A DNA stretch of 64,000 nucleotides from Tubiluchus corallicola (GCA_030141605.1 JAQGDQ010000698.1:46500-110499), one strand, 5' to 3'; shown: positions 40,066 through 53,755, numbered from the stretch's first letter. Translations and numbers: made by a program. Notes: a model not told the origin generated them from the letters alone.

Positions 40066-43000
40066 CTTGTTTACCGTCTTGCTTGCTCGGCTGGCTAGAT
40101 GAATAGTTATAGCTGAGGTGATGGCCTGCAGGTTGGCTAGACGAATTACCATTTTTCAGGTTGACTGTTTAGCTGGACTGCTGACTTAACGCTTACTGAT
40201 TAGTTTGTTTAATCGCTCGACTGTTACTCACTCATTCACCCTTTCATTTGCTTGCTCACTTATCTATAGTTGTTTCACCGCAGGTGTGATGTTTGATGTA
40301 GTGTCTTTGGTTTAAATTGTTGAGTTTGACTTGTGTAATTGTGTTCTTGATAACGTGGTATAGGGTTTTTGTAGCGCTGTGTATGTGTGTAATTGTATAT
40401 TTATAATCGGTGTCTGTATTGTGATTGTGTGTTTACCCAATAAATATATAATAGTATCTATAATCATTCACTCAGTGACTGGGCGTTCGACTGCCTGAAC
40501 AACTGTCTGATTGGTTAATTAACTAAGATGTTGTTCCCACTTCAAGTTTCCAATTTCCAGTTTCAATATTATTACATTTCAGTCCTGGCTGTCTGTCAAA
40601 AAACAAATTGATTAAGCCAAACTGAAATCATGGTAAAAAGCGCAATTTCATTTCGGTTCAAACATTTTTAGGAGGGTCTTCATTAGCATTACTCAGTTCA
40701 GCTCAACGAAGCCTGGTCAGAAAGAGGAAGCAAGCGAAGACTATTATTATTCTCTAACCAGCAATAATAAGCGTTTGCAAATAAGTGAGCCAAGGGAGCC
40801 ATTATTGTGAACAAAAATGAAGTCACGTAGAGGAAATTTGCGAGTGTTCGAGGGTGTGAACAACAAGTGAACAATTTATGGTTTCGTCTTTCTTATTAGG
40901 ACTTCATTGGTCGTCTAGAAACTTTATATAATTGTCATTGTGCACCTCAACTGCAAGGTTTCCCACTGTCAAGATATTATAAAGGAGCTTGAAGTTTCCA
41001 AATGATTAGTATTATCCAAAAGAAAGTCGTTATATGAATCCGTATTTCTTTGTTTCACGAGTATGCTGTTGCTTTTTTTAGGTAGTCCGGAAACTTAGTT
41101 TCACTAAGTAAAGTAAAATGTTTATTCAGACATGCAGTAAAACAATTATATATATATGTATATAATTATGCAGCCTGTAGTCTGCAGTGATTCAAAGCCA
41201 TGTTAAAAATGATGAAGTTACTTTTTCACATAGTTGATTTTTCATTCTTCGTAATTAGTAACCCTAAAATGGTTTGCGAACAAGTAAAACCAGTTTGATT
41301 AGCTCTCGGGTATATACGCTGAGTTGTAAAGACAATCCTTGGAATTAACCTTCATGTGATGCATTTACTGATTTGTTCGCATTGTCATTACGTCATGCAA
41401 GTGCAATAATTAAGGCATCTTTTTAATCCATTTCTTGCTTTTACTTTAACAGCGGAAAACAAGATGTAGTTCTCGCACGCACACACACGTTACTTAACCT
41501 TAAAATTTCGAAAAAAAACTTTATTTAAAAACAGAAATTTAGGCCTCTAAAAAGGAACCAACCAAGTTTTCAACACAGGTAGCATCAGTCAGCTTTTACG
41601 TTTATTAGTTTAGTGCCATCTGACTATCAGAACCCAGCACAGCCTTTTCAATTATCTATAGCTTGGTAGATGCAAATACATATTCCAAGTCTTTTATGAT
41701 TTTCAAAATGAACACATAACACTGCACCAGTTGCAAATAATTAATTGTCACTTTTCGCTTAAATTTGAGTCTCGGCGACATGGTGCCTTCTGCATTTTTC
41801 TGACAAACAACAAGTGATATGGCCCGAATAGACGAAGCTAATTTGTCAACAACATACAAAATCTTTTATATCCTTTTGGAAAATTCCAAAACCACTTCTT
41901 ACAATAAGCGCTATAGTTAGCTGCTACCTACTGCTTTTAAACATTTTGTACTGCTTTTACCATGGCCAAATTTAACGAGCTAACATCTTATAAAAGAACC
42001 TGAGCGATCACCCTGAGGTAGACAGATTAGACGTCATGATGACGTCATAACGGCGGTTCATATTGTGAAATTGAAACTTTCACTCAAAGATTTTTTAGTT
42101 TTTAGATCGTTCATAATCAACAAAAAATTTAATTTTATCTCATTTGCTGTCACTAGTTATGAATAACTTCAGTATTTTAGGCTTTTGAACAATAATTTTC
42201 TCTCTATGAACTTTGGATCGTTAACGTCAATTATCTTGGGAACATATACTTGGTGACACTACAAAAGCGAAATATTCAGCTACGCCAAATGGAGAAAAAT
42301 TAATAAAAACCTACAATTTCATCCAATTTTCAATACTATGCCCTAGTTTTTCTTTACAAATATTTATGCCTGCTATTGATATATGGTTTCCAACTAAAAT
42401 TTGTTAGCTTGTTTACCGTCTTGCTTGCTCGGCTGGCTAGTTATAGCTGAGGTGATGGCCTGCAGGTTGGCTAGACGAATTACCATTTTTCAGGTTGACT
42501 GTTTAGCTGGACTGCTGACTTAACGCTTACTGATTAGTTTGTTTAATCGCTCGACTGTTACTCACTCATTCACCCTTTCATTTGCTTGCTCACTTATCTA
42601 TAGTTGTTTCACCGCAGGTGTGATGTTTGATGTAGTGTCTTTGGTTTAAATTGTTGAGTTTGACTTGTGTAATTGTGTTCTTGATAACGTGGTATAGGGT
42701 TTTTGTAGCGCTGTGTATGTGTGTAATTGTATATTTATAATCGGTGTCTGTATTGTGATTGTGTGTTTACCCAATAAATATATAATAGTATCTATAATCA
42801 TTCACTCAGTGACTGGGCGTTCGACTGCCTGAACAACTGTCTGATTGGTTAATTAACTAAGATGTTGTTCCCACTTCAAGTTTCCAATTTCCAGTTTCAA
42901 TATTATTACATTTCAGTCCTGGCTGTCTGTCAAAAAACAAATTGATTAAGCCAAACTGAAATCATGGTAAAAAGCGCAATTTCATTTCGGTTCAAACATT

Positions 43001-44839
43001 TTTAGGAGGGTCTTCATTAGCATTACTCAGTTCAGCTCAACGAAGCCTGGTCAGAAAGAGGAAGCAAGCGAAGACTATTATTATTCTCTAACCAGCAATA
43101 ATAAGCGTTTGCAAATAAGTGAGCCAAGGGAGCCATTATTGTGAACAAAAATGAAGTCACGTAGAGGAAATTTGCGAGTGTTCGAGGGTGTGAACAACAA
43201 GTGAACAATTTATGGTTTCGTCTTTCTTATTAGGACTTCATTGGTCGTCTAGAAACTTTATATAATTGTCATTGTGCACCTCAACTGCAAGGTTTCCCAC
43301 TGTCAAGATATTATAAAGGAGCTTGAAGTTTCCAAATGATTAGTATTATCCAAAAGAAAGTCGTTATATGAATCCGTATTTCTTTGTTTCACGAGTATGC
43401 TGTTGCTTTTTTTAGGTAGTCCGGAAACTTAGTTTCACTAAGTAAAGTAAAATGTTTATTCAGACATGCAGTAAAACAATTATATATATATGTATATAAT
43501 TATGCAGCCTGTAGTCTGCAGTGATTCAAAGCCATGTTGAAAATGATGAAGTTACTTTTTCACATAGTTGATTTTTCATGCTTCGTAATTAGTAACCCTA
43601 AAATGGTTTGCGAACAAGTAAAACCAGTTTGATTAGCTCTCGGGTATATACGCTGAGTTGTAAAGACAATCCTTGGAACGTAGTTATTTATGCCTGTTCC
43701 ATATGCCTATTTTCCCACCTGTGCGCACACTTTAACTATGTTAGACTAAGACTGTGTTAAAATAATGTAAAATGCTGTAATTAAATCGCTATTTACAGCT
43801 AAAATCGTATTAACCTTCATGTGATGCATTTACTGATTTGTTCGCATTGTCATTACGTCATGCAAGTGCAATAATTAAGGCATCTTTTTAATCCATTTCT
43901 TGCTTTTACTTTAACAGCGGAAAACAAGATGTAGTTCTCGCACGCACACACACGTTACTTAACCTTAAAATTTCGAAAAAAAACTTTATTTAAAAACAGA
44001 AATTTAGGCCTCTAAAAAGGAACCAACCAAGTTTTCAACACAGGTAGCATCAGTCAGCTTTTACGTTTATTAGTTTAGTGCCATCTGACTATCAGAACCC
44101 AGCACAGCCTTTTCAATTATCTATAGCTTGGTAGATGCAAATACATATTCCAAGTCTTTTATGATTTTCAAAATGAACACATAACACTGCACCAGTTGCA
44201 AATAATTAATTGTCACTTTTCGCTTAAATTTGAGTCTCGGCGACATGGTGCCTTCTGCATTTTTCTGACAAACAACAAGTGATATGGCCCGAATAGACGA
44301 AGCTAATTTGTCAACAACATACAAAATCTTTTATATCCTTTTGGAAATTTCCAAAACCACTTCTTACAATAAGCGCTATAGTTAGCTGCTACCTACTGCT
44401 TTTAAACATTTTGTACTGCTTTTACCATGGCCAAATTTAACGAGCTAACATCTTATAAAAGAACCTGAGCGATCACCCTGAGGTAGACAGATTAGACGTC
44501 ATGATGACGTCATAACGGCGGTTCATATTGTGAAATTGAAACTTTCACTCAAAGATTTTTTAGTTTTTAGATCGTTCATAATCAACAAAAAATTTAATTT
44601 TATCTCATTTGCTGTCACTAGTTATGAATAACTTCAGTATTTTAGGCTTTTGAACAATAATTTTCTCTCTATGAACTTTGGATCGTTAACGTCAATTATC
44701 TTGGGAACATATACTTGGTGACACTACAAAAGCGAAATATTCAGCTACGCCAAATGGAGAAAAATTAATAAAAACCTACAATTTCATCCAATTTTCAATA
44801 CTATGCCCTAGTTTTTCTTTACAAATATTTATGCCTGCT
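40033..44839. repeat. Direct tandem duplication: copy 1 at 40033-42374 (2342 bp), copy 2 at 42375-44839 (2465 bp)
   Basis: Near-identical sequence, with identical ORF-track peptides at 41656 and 44121. Copies differ by an 8-bp indel, a 131-bp indel (43679-43809) and at least 3 substitutions. Confidence 0.97.
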
Positions 44840-46575
44840 TTTGATGACATTCAACTCCCTTTCCAATTGAAAAATGTTAAACAACAGAACATACAGCATA
44901 AAACAAATAAAGACAAATAACAAATATAAACACAATTTCGTTTGTAAAACAAAAATGAACACATGGAACGCTTGTCTACTTAATACAAAATTTGCAGTGA
45001 TGATAAAGAATTCACAAAAGAACTAAAAATACAGTTTTGACGTGCAAAAAGAACTAAGTAAAGATCATTATTCTTTTCTATATTCTCTTGACCAGTAGCC
45101 TGTACTTTATAAGATGCTCAAAATGTACAACTCATCACAACTTCAATAAAATCTGTCATGTGTACACAACACATACTGTGCATAAAATTTTACCGTAAAT
45201 TTTGTAAATGTATGTAGTACAATTAATGTATATTGTACAGTGTATTTGTATGTATGTGTGCATTTACTATGTATTGTATTTAATGTGTAATGTATGCAAT
45301 ATGTAATATAATGTGTAGACCAAACATATTTAATACGAGAATACGAAATATGTAGGTATTATTGTAATTAGAATATTTTACTTGTGTTTTTATTTTAAAT
45401 TTGCTAACAGCAGTCTCCTATACTGATCGTAACATTATTTTTTTGAAATGTGTAGTTTACCATTCTTGATTTACAATAAAACAATAAAGAATTTTATTAT
45501 TGTTGTTATTATATTATTATTATCTCTTCTTATAGATAAAAAGTGACAAAAATCGGTAATCGATAGATATACGTCTACCCCTTTAGGGCAGCTGAGCAGC
45601 TGAGTCTTTCGTTGCCCTTTTTTCACAAAATGTTTTTTCAAATTATTATTAAATTTTGTATTATAAAACTGTAGGTGTATTGCAAGTTAAATAAAAGATT
45701 ATGTTCTGTTATGTTGCCGATCCCATGTAGCGTTACAGAAACGCTAGCTATGAATAACTTCAGAATTGCCTAATAATGAACACTCACTCCTCAAATTATA
45801 TTATCTTTTATGGACAAAAATGATAAAAATCGCTCAGACAACCGATTGCTTTATATTTCTAGATCCTGTATGGGGAATTGGACTTTTAGGCTATTGAAAT
45901 TTAATTGTCTCTTAAAGAACTTTCACAGATTAAAGCCAATTATCTCTTCTTATGGACAATTAACGTGACAAAAATCGTTCAGAAATGCTTAGGTCACTAT
46001 TCGAGGTCATAATACGAATTTCGTCTTCTTTACTCTAGCAGTTTTGGACGTTATGGTGGAGTTTTCACAACTAAGTACATAGCAGCCTGGCGCTAGTGTT
46101 TTTTCTTTCACCTTATCGTTTTCACCTTCTCATACGAATATATATATTATTTCAAAGAGGTCATTTGTTGGATTGTTTTTGTAGCGCTAAAATCTTCAAA
46201 TTCGCGCCATTACGGCTCTGTAAAAATGCAAAGTAGTTTCTCATGTTCATATTACATTTTCAGGCACGTTCCTATCAGTTGCATGCCACAAATCGTCAGA
46301 CAGTTTATTGACAGCTGTTTTAATCCTTGCAATGAATTTTCGCTATTAGATTGCATGAATCGACAATTAACTAGCTTGAGGTCTCCTTCTACAACAGTTT
46401 TATTGCTGTCGAGGCACATAATCGTAATCTTCAGTACTCAAATCAATCGCGTACGTCTTTGTTAATCTACTGCATAAAATTGACAGGTGTTGTAACCAAG
46501 ACTACGCCGACGGTGGAAGGAGAAACAAACATCTTTTGACTAAAGGACTCGACCCAAATCGCTACTACTCTTCTG

Positions 46576-46576
46576 G

Positions 46577-46657
<81 letters not shown>

Positions 46658-46731
46658 CTGCTGTTGCTGCTGTTGATGCTGCTGTTGATGCTGCTGTTGC
46701 TGTTACTGCTGTTGCTGTTGTTGTTGTTGTT

Positions 46732-46805
<74 letters not shown>

Positions 46806-46811
46806 CGTTGT
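46576..46811. repeat. (GTT)/(GCT) microsatellite
   Basis: Direct inspection. Confidence 0.96.
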
Positions 46812-48591
46812 AATTCTTGCTGTTGCTGGGGATAAACTTTTTAAAAAATTGGTTCCACGAATTCGCAATAGATTGTCATGAAACTTCAAGCTAATGCACT
46901 AGAACAAATTCTGCTTCGATTGATGAAGTCGGATTTTCGATCTGCCGTCTTAAATTCTAGACAGTAGTAATAACATCATTCTAGAGAAAAGCCTAATACT
47001 ACACACCAGTTCGCAACAGATCTCCAGCTAGCGCACTTTATAAGTTATCTTCTTCTTCTATGCTCATAGCACTGCAATGCGTTGTCAATTCTGAAACTGT
47101 AAATGTTTTGTATATTGTAATATTGTGCTAAATTGACAAATAAATAAATTTAATCTAAAAGTCTAATGAATCCCCGCAGGAATATACTAGAAAGATTCTT
47201 GGTCAAGTGACAGAGTCGATTTTTCAAATTGCATCTTAAATTTAAGATGGCACTGACGTCATTTTTAATCAACGATCTTGTTTTCAGTGAGTCAAACTTG
47301 TGTGCTCAAATAATGACTCGGTTGGCCGGCTCCTAGAATGAATTACTTTGATGATTATGGGCTTGGGCGGTAGCATTTGTGATCTGACCGGTATACGACG
47401 TTGCACGGAGTTGTATTTGTAGCTGGCAGCCTCGTCCATTCTTGTTTCCAGTTTTGAAGATCTTACTACATCTGCACTAAGGCGCGAACGACCCACGTTA
47501 ATGTAACTAAACTACTACGCATATAAATCTATGTGAAAGTCATTATTTTAAAGAAGGAAAAATCGGGTTTGCTAACTTTTTCAGGCCACAGTTTTTACAG
47601 GCTGATTGCTCTCTGATAATCATCTGTACTTCTTTTACTTTCACGAGGGATTTAGGTACCTGCCAATAATGCTGTGCAAAAGTATCTTAAATCTCTTTTA
47701 TCTTCCGGTTGCCTAAACTTCGAAACGTCAGCTCATTAGTTCTTGATTCAGCATTACTTATTACTCAGCAAAGCCTCTCTCACACATTCATGGCAATAAA
47801 CTGTCGTTGCGTTCGCGAAAGAATGCAAAGATGATAGTATAAGAGTCTTAGAATGCAGGCCTGCACACTAAATTATTAGCCTGCATTGACAAGTGTTTAA
47901 AAAGAAAGCGACAGTGCTTTGACTATTGTTAGATATGATCAAAGAAACTAGCGTCACAGGCAAGGGAAACAAATCCCTTTGATGGCGATCCTTTTGATTA
48001 ATGTAATAAATTAATTTCTCAGATCACCCGGACGCGCTTAGAACAGGTATTATTCTGTTTCAAAAAAAAACAGAAAGACATTTGATAATGTAGACAAATA
48101 AAAGCTCCTATCACATTGAAAAACAGAAGTAATGCTTATATAAGAAGGGAGTCATTAACATGTGTAAGCAGAATGTGATGATTTATTAAGCTTATCGACG
48201 GAGTCGGATTATCAATACAACCAGATAACAAAACCACAATAGGCTCTAATTAAAATATGACGAAATAATAATAAGTAAATAACTTGCATAAAAACTGCAA
48301 GAATTGATGAAGGGCTCCTAACTTCTTTTTTGAATTAGGCCTTAATCTCGATAAAATTCTCGTTGATCCCGTTACACCAAATTGTTATTGCGTGAAAAAG
48401 ATAACTTTAAATATACCGTGAAGTGTAAAAGATTCAAACACGTAAATCAGTTCATGTTATACACCAATCGTTTTAACTTCTGCCTTTAATGAAACGTTTC
48501 AACCCTAGTTAATTGAAAATTAAAATGTTAACACGGTCTTTATTAATTATAACTGATGAAATATTAGAAAACCTGTCACAGGCCCAGGTGG

Positions 48592-49024
48592 TGTGAAAGT
48601 TGAACTGTATATTTTAGGTGCTGCCATCTATTGATTAGTTACTTTAACATTTTACTAGTTCAACTCACCCTTAGTACAATTGTTCGGTCCAGTGAATATT
48701 CAAACTCACTGGATCTCCCCTATTTTCACTGTAATGGGATATGTGAAGCCAAGTTTTTGCATAGTTCTCTACCTATATAAACTGGCTAGATTTCACTGCT
48801 AGTCGCTCTCTGTCTCAGGCAGTGCAGTCGTGTAACTCATGGGACTCACTGTCTAATTCTTCGTGATCAGTGCAGGACACTCTGGTCCTCAGTGTAGTTT
48901 AGCAGTCATGTTACATATAACTATGTAGTGCAATAAAAGTGTTTCAGTTTTGTGCAAACATGTAATCTTGTGTTTAGTTGTTTTCTACAAGTGTTCAGTT
49001 TCAACTTTACAAATAACTTTCACA
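48592..49024 (+). mobile_element. Solo LTR, 433 bp, with 5-bp TSD GGTGG
   Basis: ggtgg|TGTGAAAGTT ... AACTTTCACA|ggtgg: perfect 10-bp inverted termini with TG..CA ends, an internal TATA (ctatataaa, about 48774) and aataaa (about 48932). Confidence 0.88.
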
Positions 49025-49559
49025 GGTGGTAATCACTTTCGTTTAAGCTACGTGTATGTTGTTATTAGTTGCTGCGAGTATCCGAAATCGTGGTTGTGAA
49101 CCTCCTATATGACAATTAATGTTTAAATTAAGTTAAAAATTATTTTGTTGTATTAAAAGTAACAAGGTGGTTGATTTGACGGTTTAAATTTGTACATTAA
49201 TACTTTAGGCCAGTAAAATAATTCCTATAATAGCGTTTACATTTGCAAATAAGCGTGGTTTAAAATTCATTAAAAAGATTTTAACAACTTCCTCAAATTA
49301 AGACTTTACTTAAACGGTCCAGTTCAATTATAGTTTAATTTTATAAGTACACGATAAGTCACTATTGTACGCTAAGTTTAATAAGTAAAGCATGAAAGTT
49401 TCAGCATATAATCTTGAGAGGTCACTGACCTCAGGATCATGAGCATTATGCATTAAAAGAATTACTCAGTTAACGCGTCTGAATTTCCAAAACGCCATGT
49501 ACTGGCTGATTCTGTTAGAGCTTCTACGACCAAGCATCCCAAGCCACCTTGCACCACTA

Positions 49560-49965
49560 ATTGGAAACTCTGCCAAGTCTGCAATTTCCTGCCAGGTCAA
49601 CCAAGTCACCAAGTAGGTATTGATTATGTGTCACTGGCCAAGGATCTCCTTGCTTTTCAGGAACTTGGACAAATACCAGATGGGCTGTACCTGAACAGAT
49701 TGGATGATGAGAGTGGCATAGAAGCAACACTAATGACCAACAAGGCCCAGTGGCCCAGGACATGTCGCTTAAATTATAACCAAAACATGCTGCAGGAGCA
49801 GCAGAAGTCAGCTAAAAAGCTCCAGCAGTCCAAGGAATCAAAGGTTCACAACAAGGTCTGCTCATTATGTCATATCAAAATGGGACAGCCTTTATACTTC
49901 TTTTGCAATAAGCCAGCTGGCTCTGAAATGCTCCACGAGGCATCAACAAAACAGTTAGACATAAC
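49560..49965 (+). mobile_element. Fragment of a large DNA-transposon protein N-terminus (tentatively Academ-like)
   Basis: LAKDLLAFQELGQIP...RLDDESGIEATLMTNKAQWPRTCRLNYN...YFFCNKP...LHEAST resembles, from memory, a widespread invertebrate transposon-protein family. Some expected Cys/His residues appear decayed and the fragment is truncated. Superfamily assignment uncertain. Confidence 0.55.
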
Positions 49966-50852
49966 AGGAAGACTGTTTGTACGGGCCATTACAATATGTA
50001 TGTGTGTGTGTGTGTCTGGGGGCGCTTCTTGTCAAAATATGACAACCGTACATATATCTAAACTTAACAAACTGCTCAGGAAAATGCATAGCAACAACTG
50101 CCTCCTTCGAACCGCTGCAAAACTTGATCCACTTTGGTCTTTCCACCTATATGTGAACCCATTAATATACATTTACACATAGTGTTAATAATATGATTAC
50201 ATCAGTTAGCGCGTCGCATGACACTTCGATTATTAGCAAGAAAAAAAATTTGTTTTACAAATTGTTAAATTCCATCGGCTTTAATAAAAGGGTAATCAGC
50301 AAAATAGCGAAATACGAGAAGAGCCGCTTCAGCTTGCTAATCGGCTACCCAGAGAAATCTTTCTTTCTGATAAAATAAAATGTCAGCGTTTTTGACAGCA
50401 TCGAGAGCATATAAATCAAAGTTTACGTAATCTCTGAAGCGAAGAAGTAAGTACGCTGGCGTATCTGCTTTAATGGTCATCGAAGGGCTTCAATCATTTT
50501 CCCTGCAGCTGGTGTAACTGGATAATGATTTTATTGCGGCCTTTGGGAGCATTGCGCATTCAGCTAGATCAGCCACACGCTCAGATCTGGATTTCACATG
50601 TATAGATTATTTAGAAATTTTCGTTTGGTTGAATATTCATTAGAAGAAAACGAGGCGTTCAGTTGCCTTCCTTTGAATAAATAGAAATTCATACAAAACT
50701 TACTAAAGATTTTTTTACAAACCTGTTATATTAACAAAAAAAGGTAACAAACTGAATAAGCAATAACATGTTCATTTGTTCCTAATTACAGACATTAGAT
50801 TGATTTTACAGGTTTCTCACAATAATCACTGCACACACTTGTACGGCCTATT

Positions 50853-50997
50853 TATTGTTGTTGTTGTTTGTTGTTGTTGGTATTGTTGTTGTCGTCGTTG
50901 CCGTCGTTGTTATTATTATTATTATTATTGTGTCTGCTATTATTGTTGTTATTGCTGTTGTTATTGTTATTGTTATTATTATTATTGCTATAATAAT
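50853..50997. repeat. (TGT)/(TAT) microsatellite
   Basis: Direct inspection. Confidence 0.92.
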
Positions 50998-51340
50998 TAG
51001 CAATACCTCTTTATTGCCTTTCTTCTTGATTACAGTTATGTCAGGGCGTCTGTGGTGTATTACTTTATCTGTAAATATGTTATAATCCCAAAGAATTTTT
51101 ACTTTTTGATCTTATGCGACCATATCCACTGTGATGTTCCCATCAAGATAATAGTTCATTTCTACCAGATAAAGCCCTGTGAACAAATTTAGCTATTCTC
51201 TCATGACGTTTTTTATATTATGTATTTGCTAGATATTCATAATTTCTCAAAATGTGTGCAACTGTTTCTTCTTTCTGGTAGCACCGTCTGCATAATGGAT
51301 CATTAATGGTGTTATATATTCTAGTCTGTATGTTTTTTGT

Positions 51341-52333
51341 AGCCAAAGCTTGATCCTGCGCAGCAACCAAAAAATGACTCAATACTGGGTTTTAGTGCAC
51401 CAGATATTAACCACTGATGGCTTAGCCAAAGCTTGATCCTGCGCGGCAACCAAAAATGACTCAATACTGGGTTTTAGTGCACCAGATATTAACCACTGAT
51501 GGCTTAGCCAAAGCTTGATCCTGCACGGCAACCAAAAATGACTCAATACTGGGTTTTAGTGCACCAGATATTAACCACTGATGGCTTAGCCAATGCTTGA
51601 TCATGTGCGGCAACCAAAAGTGACTCAATACTGGGTTTTAGTGCACCAGATATTAACCACTGATGCCTTAGCCAACGCTTGAATTATGAATTATGAATTA
51701 TAAATTTATTCCACAGCAACTCAAACATACATATAAATTGATATAACATTGAAAAAAAACATGCGAGTTACTGTGAGCAGGGGGAAGGAGCATTGAGCTT
51801 TCGAGTCCTCCTCCAGATAAGTGAAACAATTGACAATTAACATTACATTTTCATTAGTTATAGCATACATTAGAACAAAATAAGTTTTGTTAGTATCTTA
51901 AGATCAGGATGAGTAAAATTGTGAGTTAATTATACCGTTGTAGTAGGTAATTCTTTGATGCTTTTTTAAATTGATAAAGATTAAGAGTTTTCATTTCACG
52001 CGGAATTGATGACCATATTTTAATAGCATTATATTTTGATGACTGTTTCATTATATTTGTTTTTGGAAGGGGGAGTACATAGTTTCCGACTGAATATCTT
52101 GTGTAATGATCATGTTGATTTGAAACTGGACTAAAGTATGACTGAAAAGCTGGTGGAAGTAGTGAATTATGATACTGATACATGAAATGAAGACAATACA
52201 TGTCATATATTTCTTTCACTTTAAGAGTTTTAACAGACAAATAAATTATATTTGTATTGATCCTGCGCGGTAACCAAAAATGACTCAATACTGGGTTTTA
52301 GTGCACCACATATTAACCAATGATGGCTTAGCC
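51341..52333. repeat. 82-bp tandem repeat, 5 units; the fifth is split by a LINE
   Basis: Units start at 51341, 51424, 51506, 51588 and 51670. Unit 5 breaks at 51682 and resumes at 52261. Confidence 0.95.
51683..52256 (-). mobile_element. 5'-truncated LINE 3' end inserted in the 82-bp array
   Basis: LKVKEIYDMYCLHFMYQYHNSLLPPAFQSYF...HDHYTR...KTNIMKQSSKYNAIKIWSSIP. On the minus strand aataaa and an (ATAATTC)n tail. TTGA is present at both junctions (51679-82, 52257-60). Confidence 0.88.
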
Positions 52334-52385
52334 TAGTTGGTCCTGTTCATCCACAATCTTTTTAAACTTGCCTAATAAACTTAAC

Positions 52386-52422
<37 letters not shown>

Positions 52423-52491
52423 CATCATCAGCAGCAGCAACAGCAGCAGCACCATCGTCATCATCGTCATCATTATCATTATTATTATTAT
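52386..52491. repeat. (TTA)/(TCA)/(GCA) microsatellite
   Basis: Direct inspection. Confidence 0.92.
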
Positions 52492-53547
52492 GTTATAATG
52501 GAGATGGAAATGCAGATACAGATGAAAGTATTAGAAGTGGAACAAAGAATAGATGAAGGGAAATCCAGAGAGAGAGCAGAAATAGAGAGGGTAAAACGCA
52601 AGCGAAATGAACATGGCGAGAAAGAGACAAGCAGTTTGATGTTATGAATTAAATCCACTTTTGTTGTCCAATTTCATGAAGCAAAAGTATATAGATATTT
52701 TCAGCACTTTGGTCTCAATCATGTGGGGTCTTTGTTGCTGCTAAGCACAATTAAGGAGAAAGTCTAGCAAGTTTATTCGGCTCCACCAATTGAAGATAAT
52801 ACTGACTACGAGAAAGTAAGTCTGCATACACTTATAGTAAGCCTTTTTGGATACCAAATGATCAGCTTTGTCAGTCGAGATAAGAGAAAGAAGAAAAAAT
52901 TACAAGACGTACTTCGATTTGACAAATGTAAATACACACACGGAAGCTAAACAAAAATTCGATTCGGAACTATGTGCAGCAGCAAGTGCTTGTTGAGGAT
53001 AAACACTGAAATATTAAACACAAAACAAACCTCTGTAGTTCTGGAAAACGTGCAGAAACTTGTTCGGAAATCAGTTAGACAACAAAGTGGAAACTTTCTC
53101 TAAAATGTAATGGAAAATTTACCCTGTCAGACAAAGATAAAGTCGATGTGTTTTGCAGATCTTTTTGTAATGGTAACCATTTATCCGGTATGAACTTCGA
53201 CGATACTAAGTTTTTTCACATTTCCATTGATTGATGATGATCGCAAAATGGTCAAAGGTTAAGTGTACCAGACAACGCATTTGTGTACACTTGACAACGC
53301 CTGGCGGGTCAAGTTATTGTAGTAGCAACAGTTTTAACAGCAAACTAGAACCTTACCTGGTTCGTTTTTCCTGTTCCCAAGCAAGATCCTGCTAGTAAAT
53401 CACTATACATCGCCCAAACTAATGCATAATTAAGTAAATTTCAACTGACTTCTGAGCTTGCAGTTGCCGTTGTCGTTGTCGATGGCAATGACGCTTCAAG
53501 GGCTATAGACTGTTTCTGTGAACAATCACTGTATTTATTTGTTACAG

Positions 53548-53755
53548 GGCATCGTATTTCACGTGGACTGGCAAGGCAACCAGACTGATTACTTGCAGTG
53601 CGTCACGTTTAACGCTTTTCCTTCAGAGAACTATGAGTTGTTGTACAAACTGTTCTGCACAGCGTTCCTTTACATTCTTCCTCTCGTCATCATGATTGTA
53701 ATCTATTCCATGATCATGTGGAAAATGATGGTCAAGACACGTGACACTGTGACAG
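53548..53755 (+). CDS. GNRHR: GnRH-superfamily GPCR, exon 2: ECL2, TM5, start of ICL3
   Basis: Acceptor tttatttgttacag. GIVFHVDWQGNQTDYLQCVTFNAFPSENYELLYKLFCTAFLYILPLVIMIVIYSMI; the FHV...QCVTF motif is typical of GnRH/AKH/ACP receptors. Donor G|gtaaca, phase 1. 208 nt. Confidence 0.94.

Noticed and set aside
41656-44324. Two identical 67-aa ORFs as a duplicated small gene
   Set aside because: They start at TTG, show no recognisable motif or splice structure, and are a by-product of the tandem duplication.
51341-51682. CRISPR-like regular array
   Set aside because: Whole 82-bp units repeat with no unique spacers, there are no cas genes, and the context is a eukaryotic intron.
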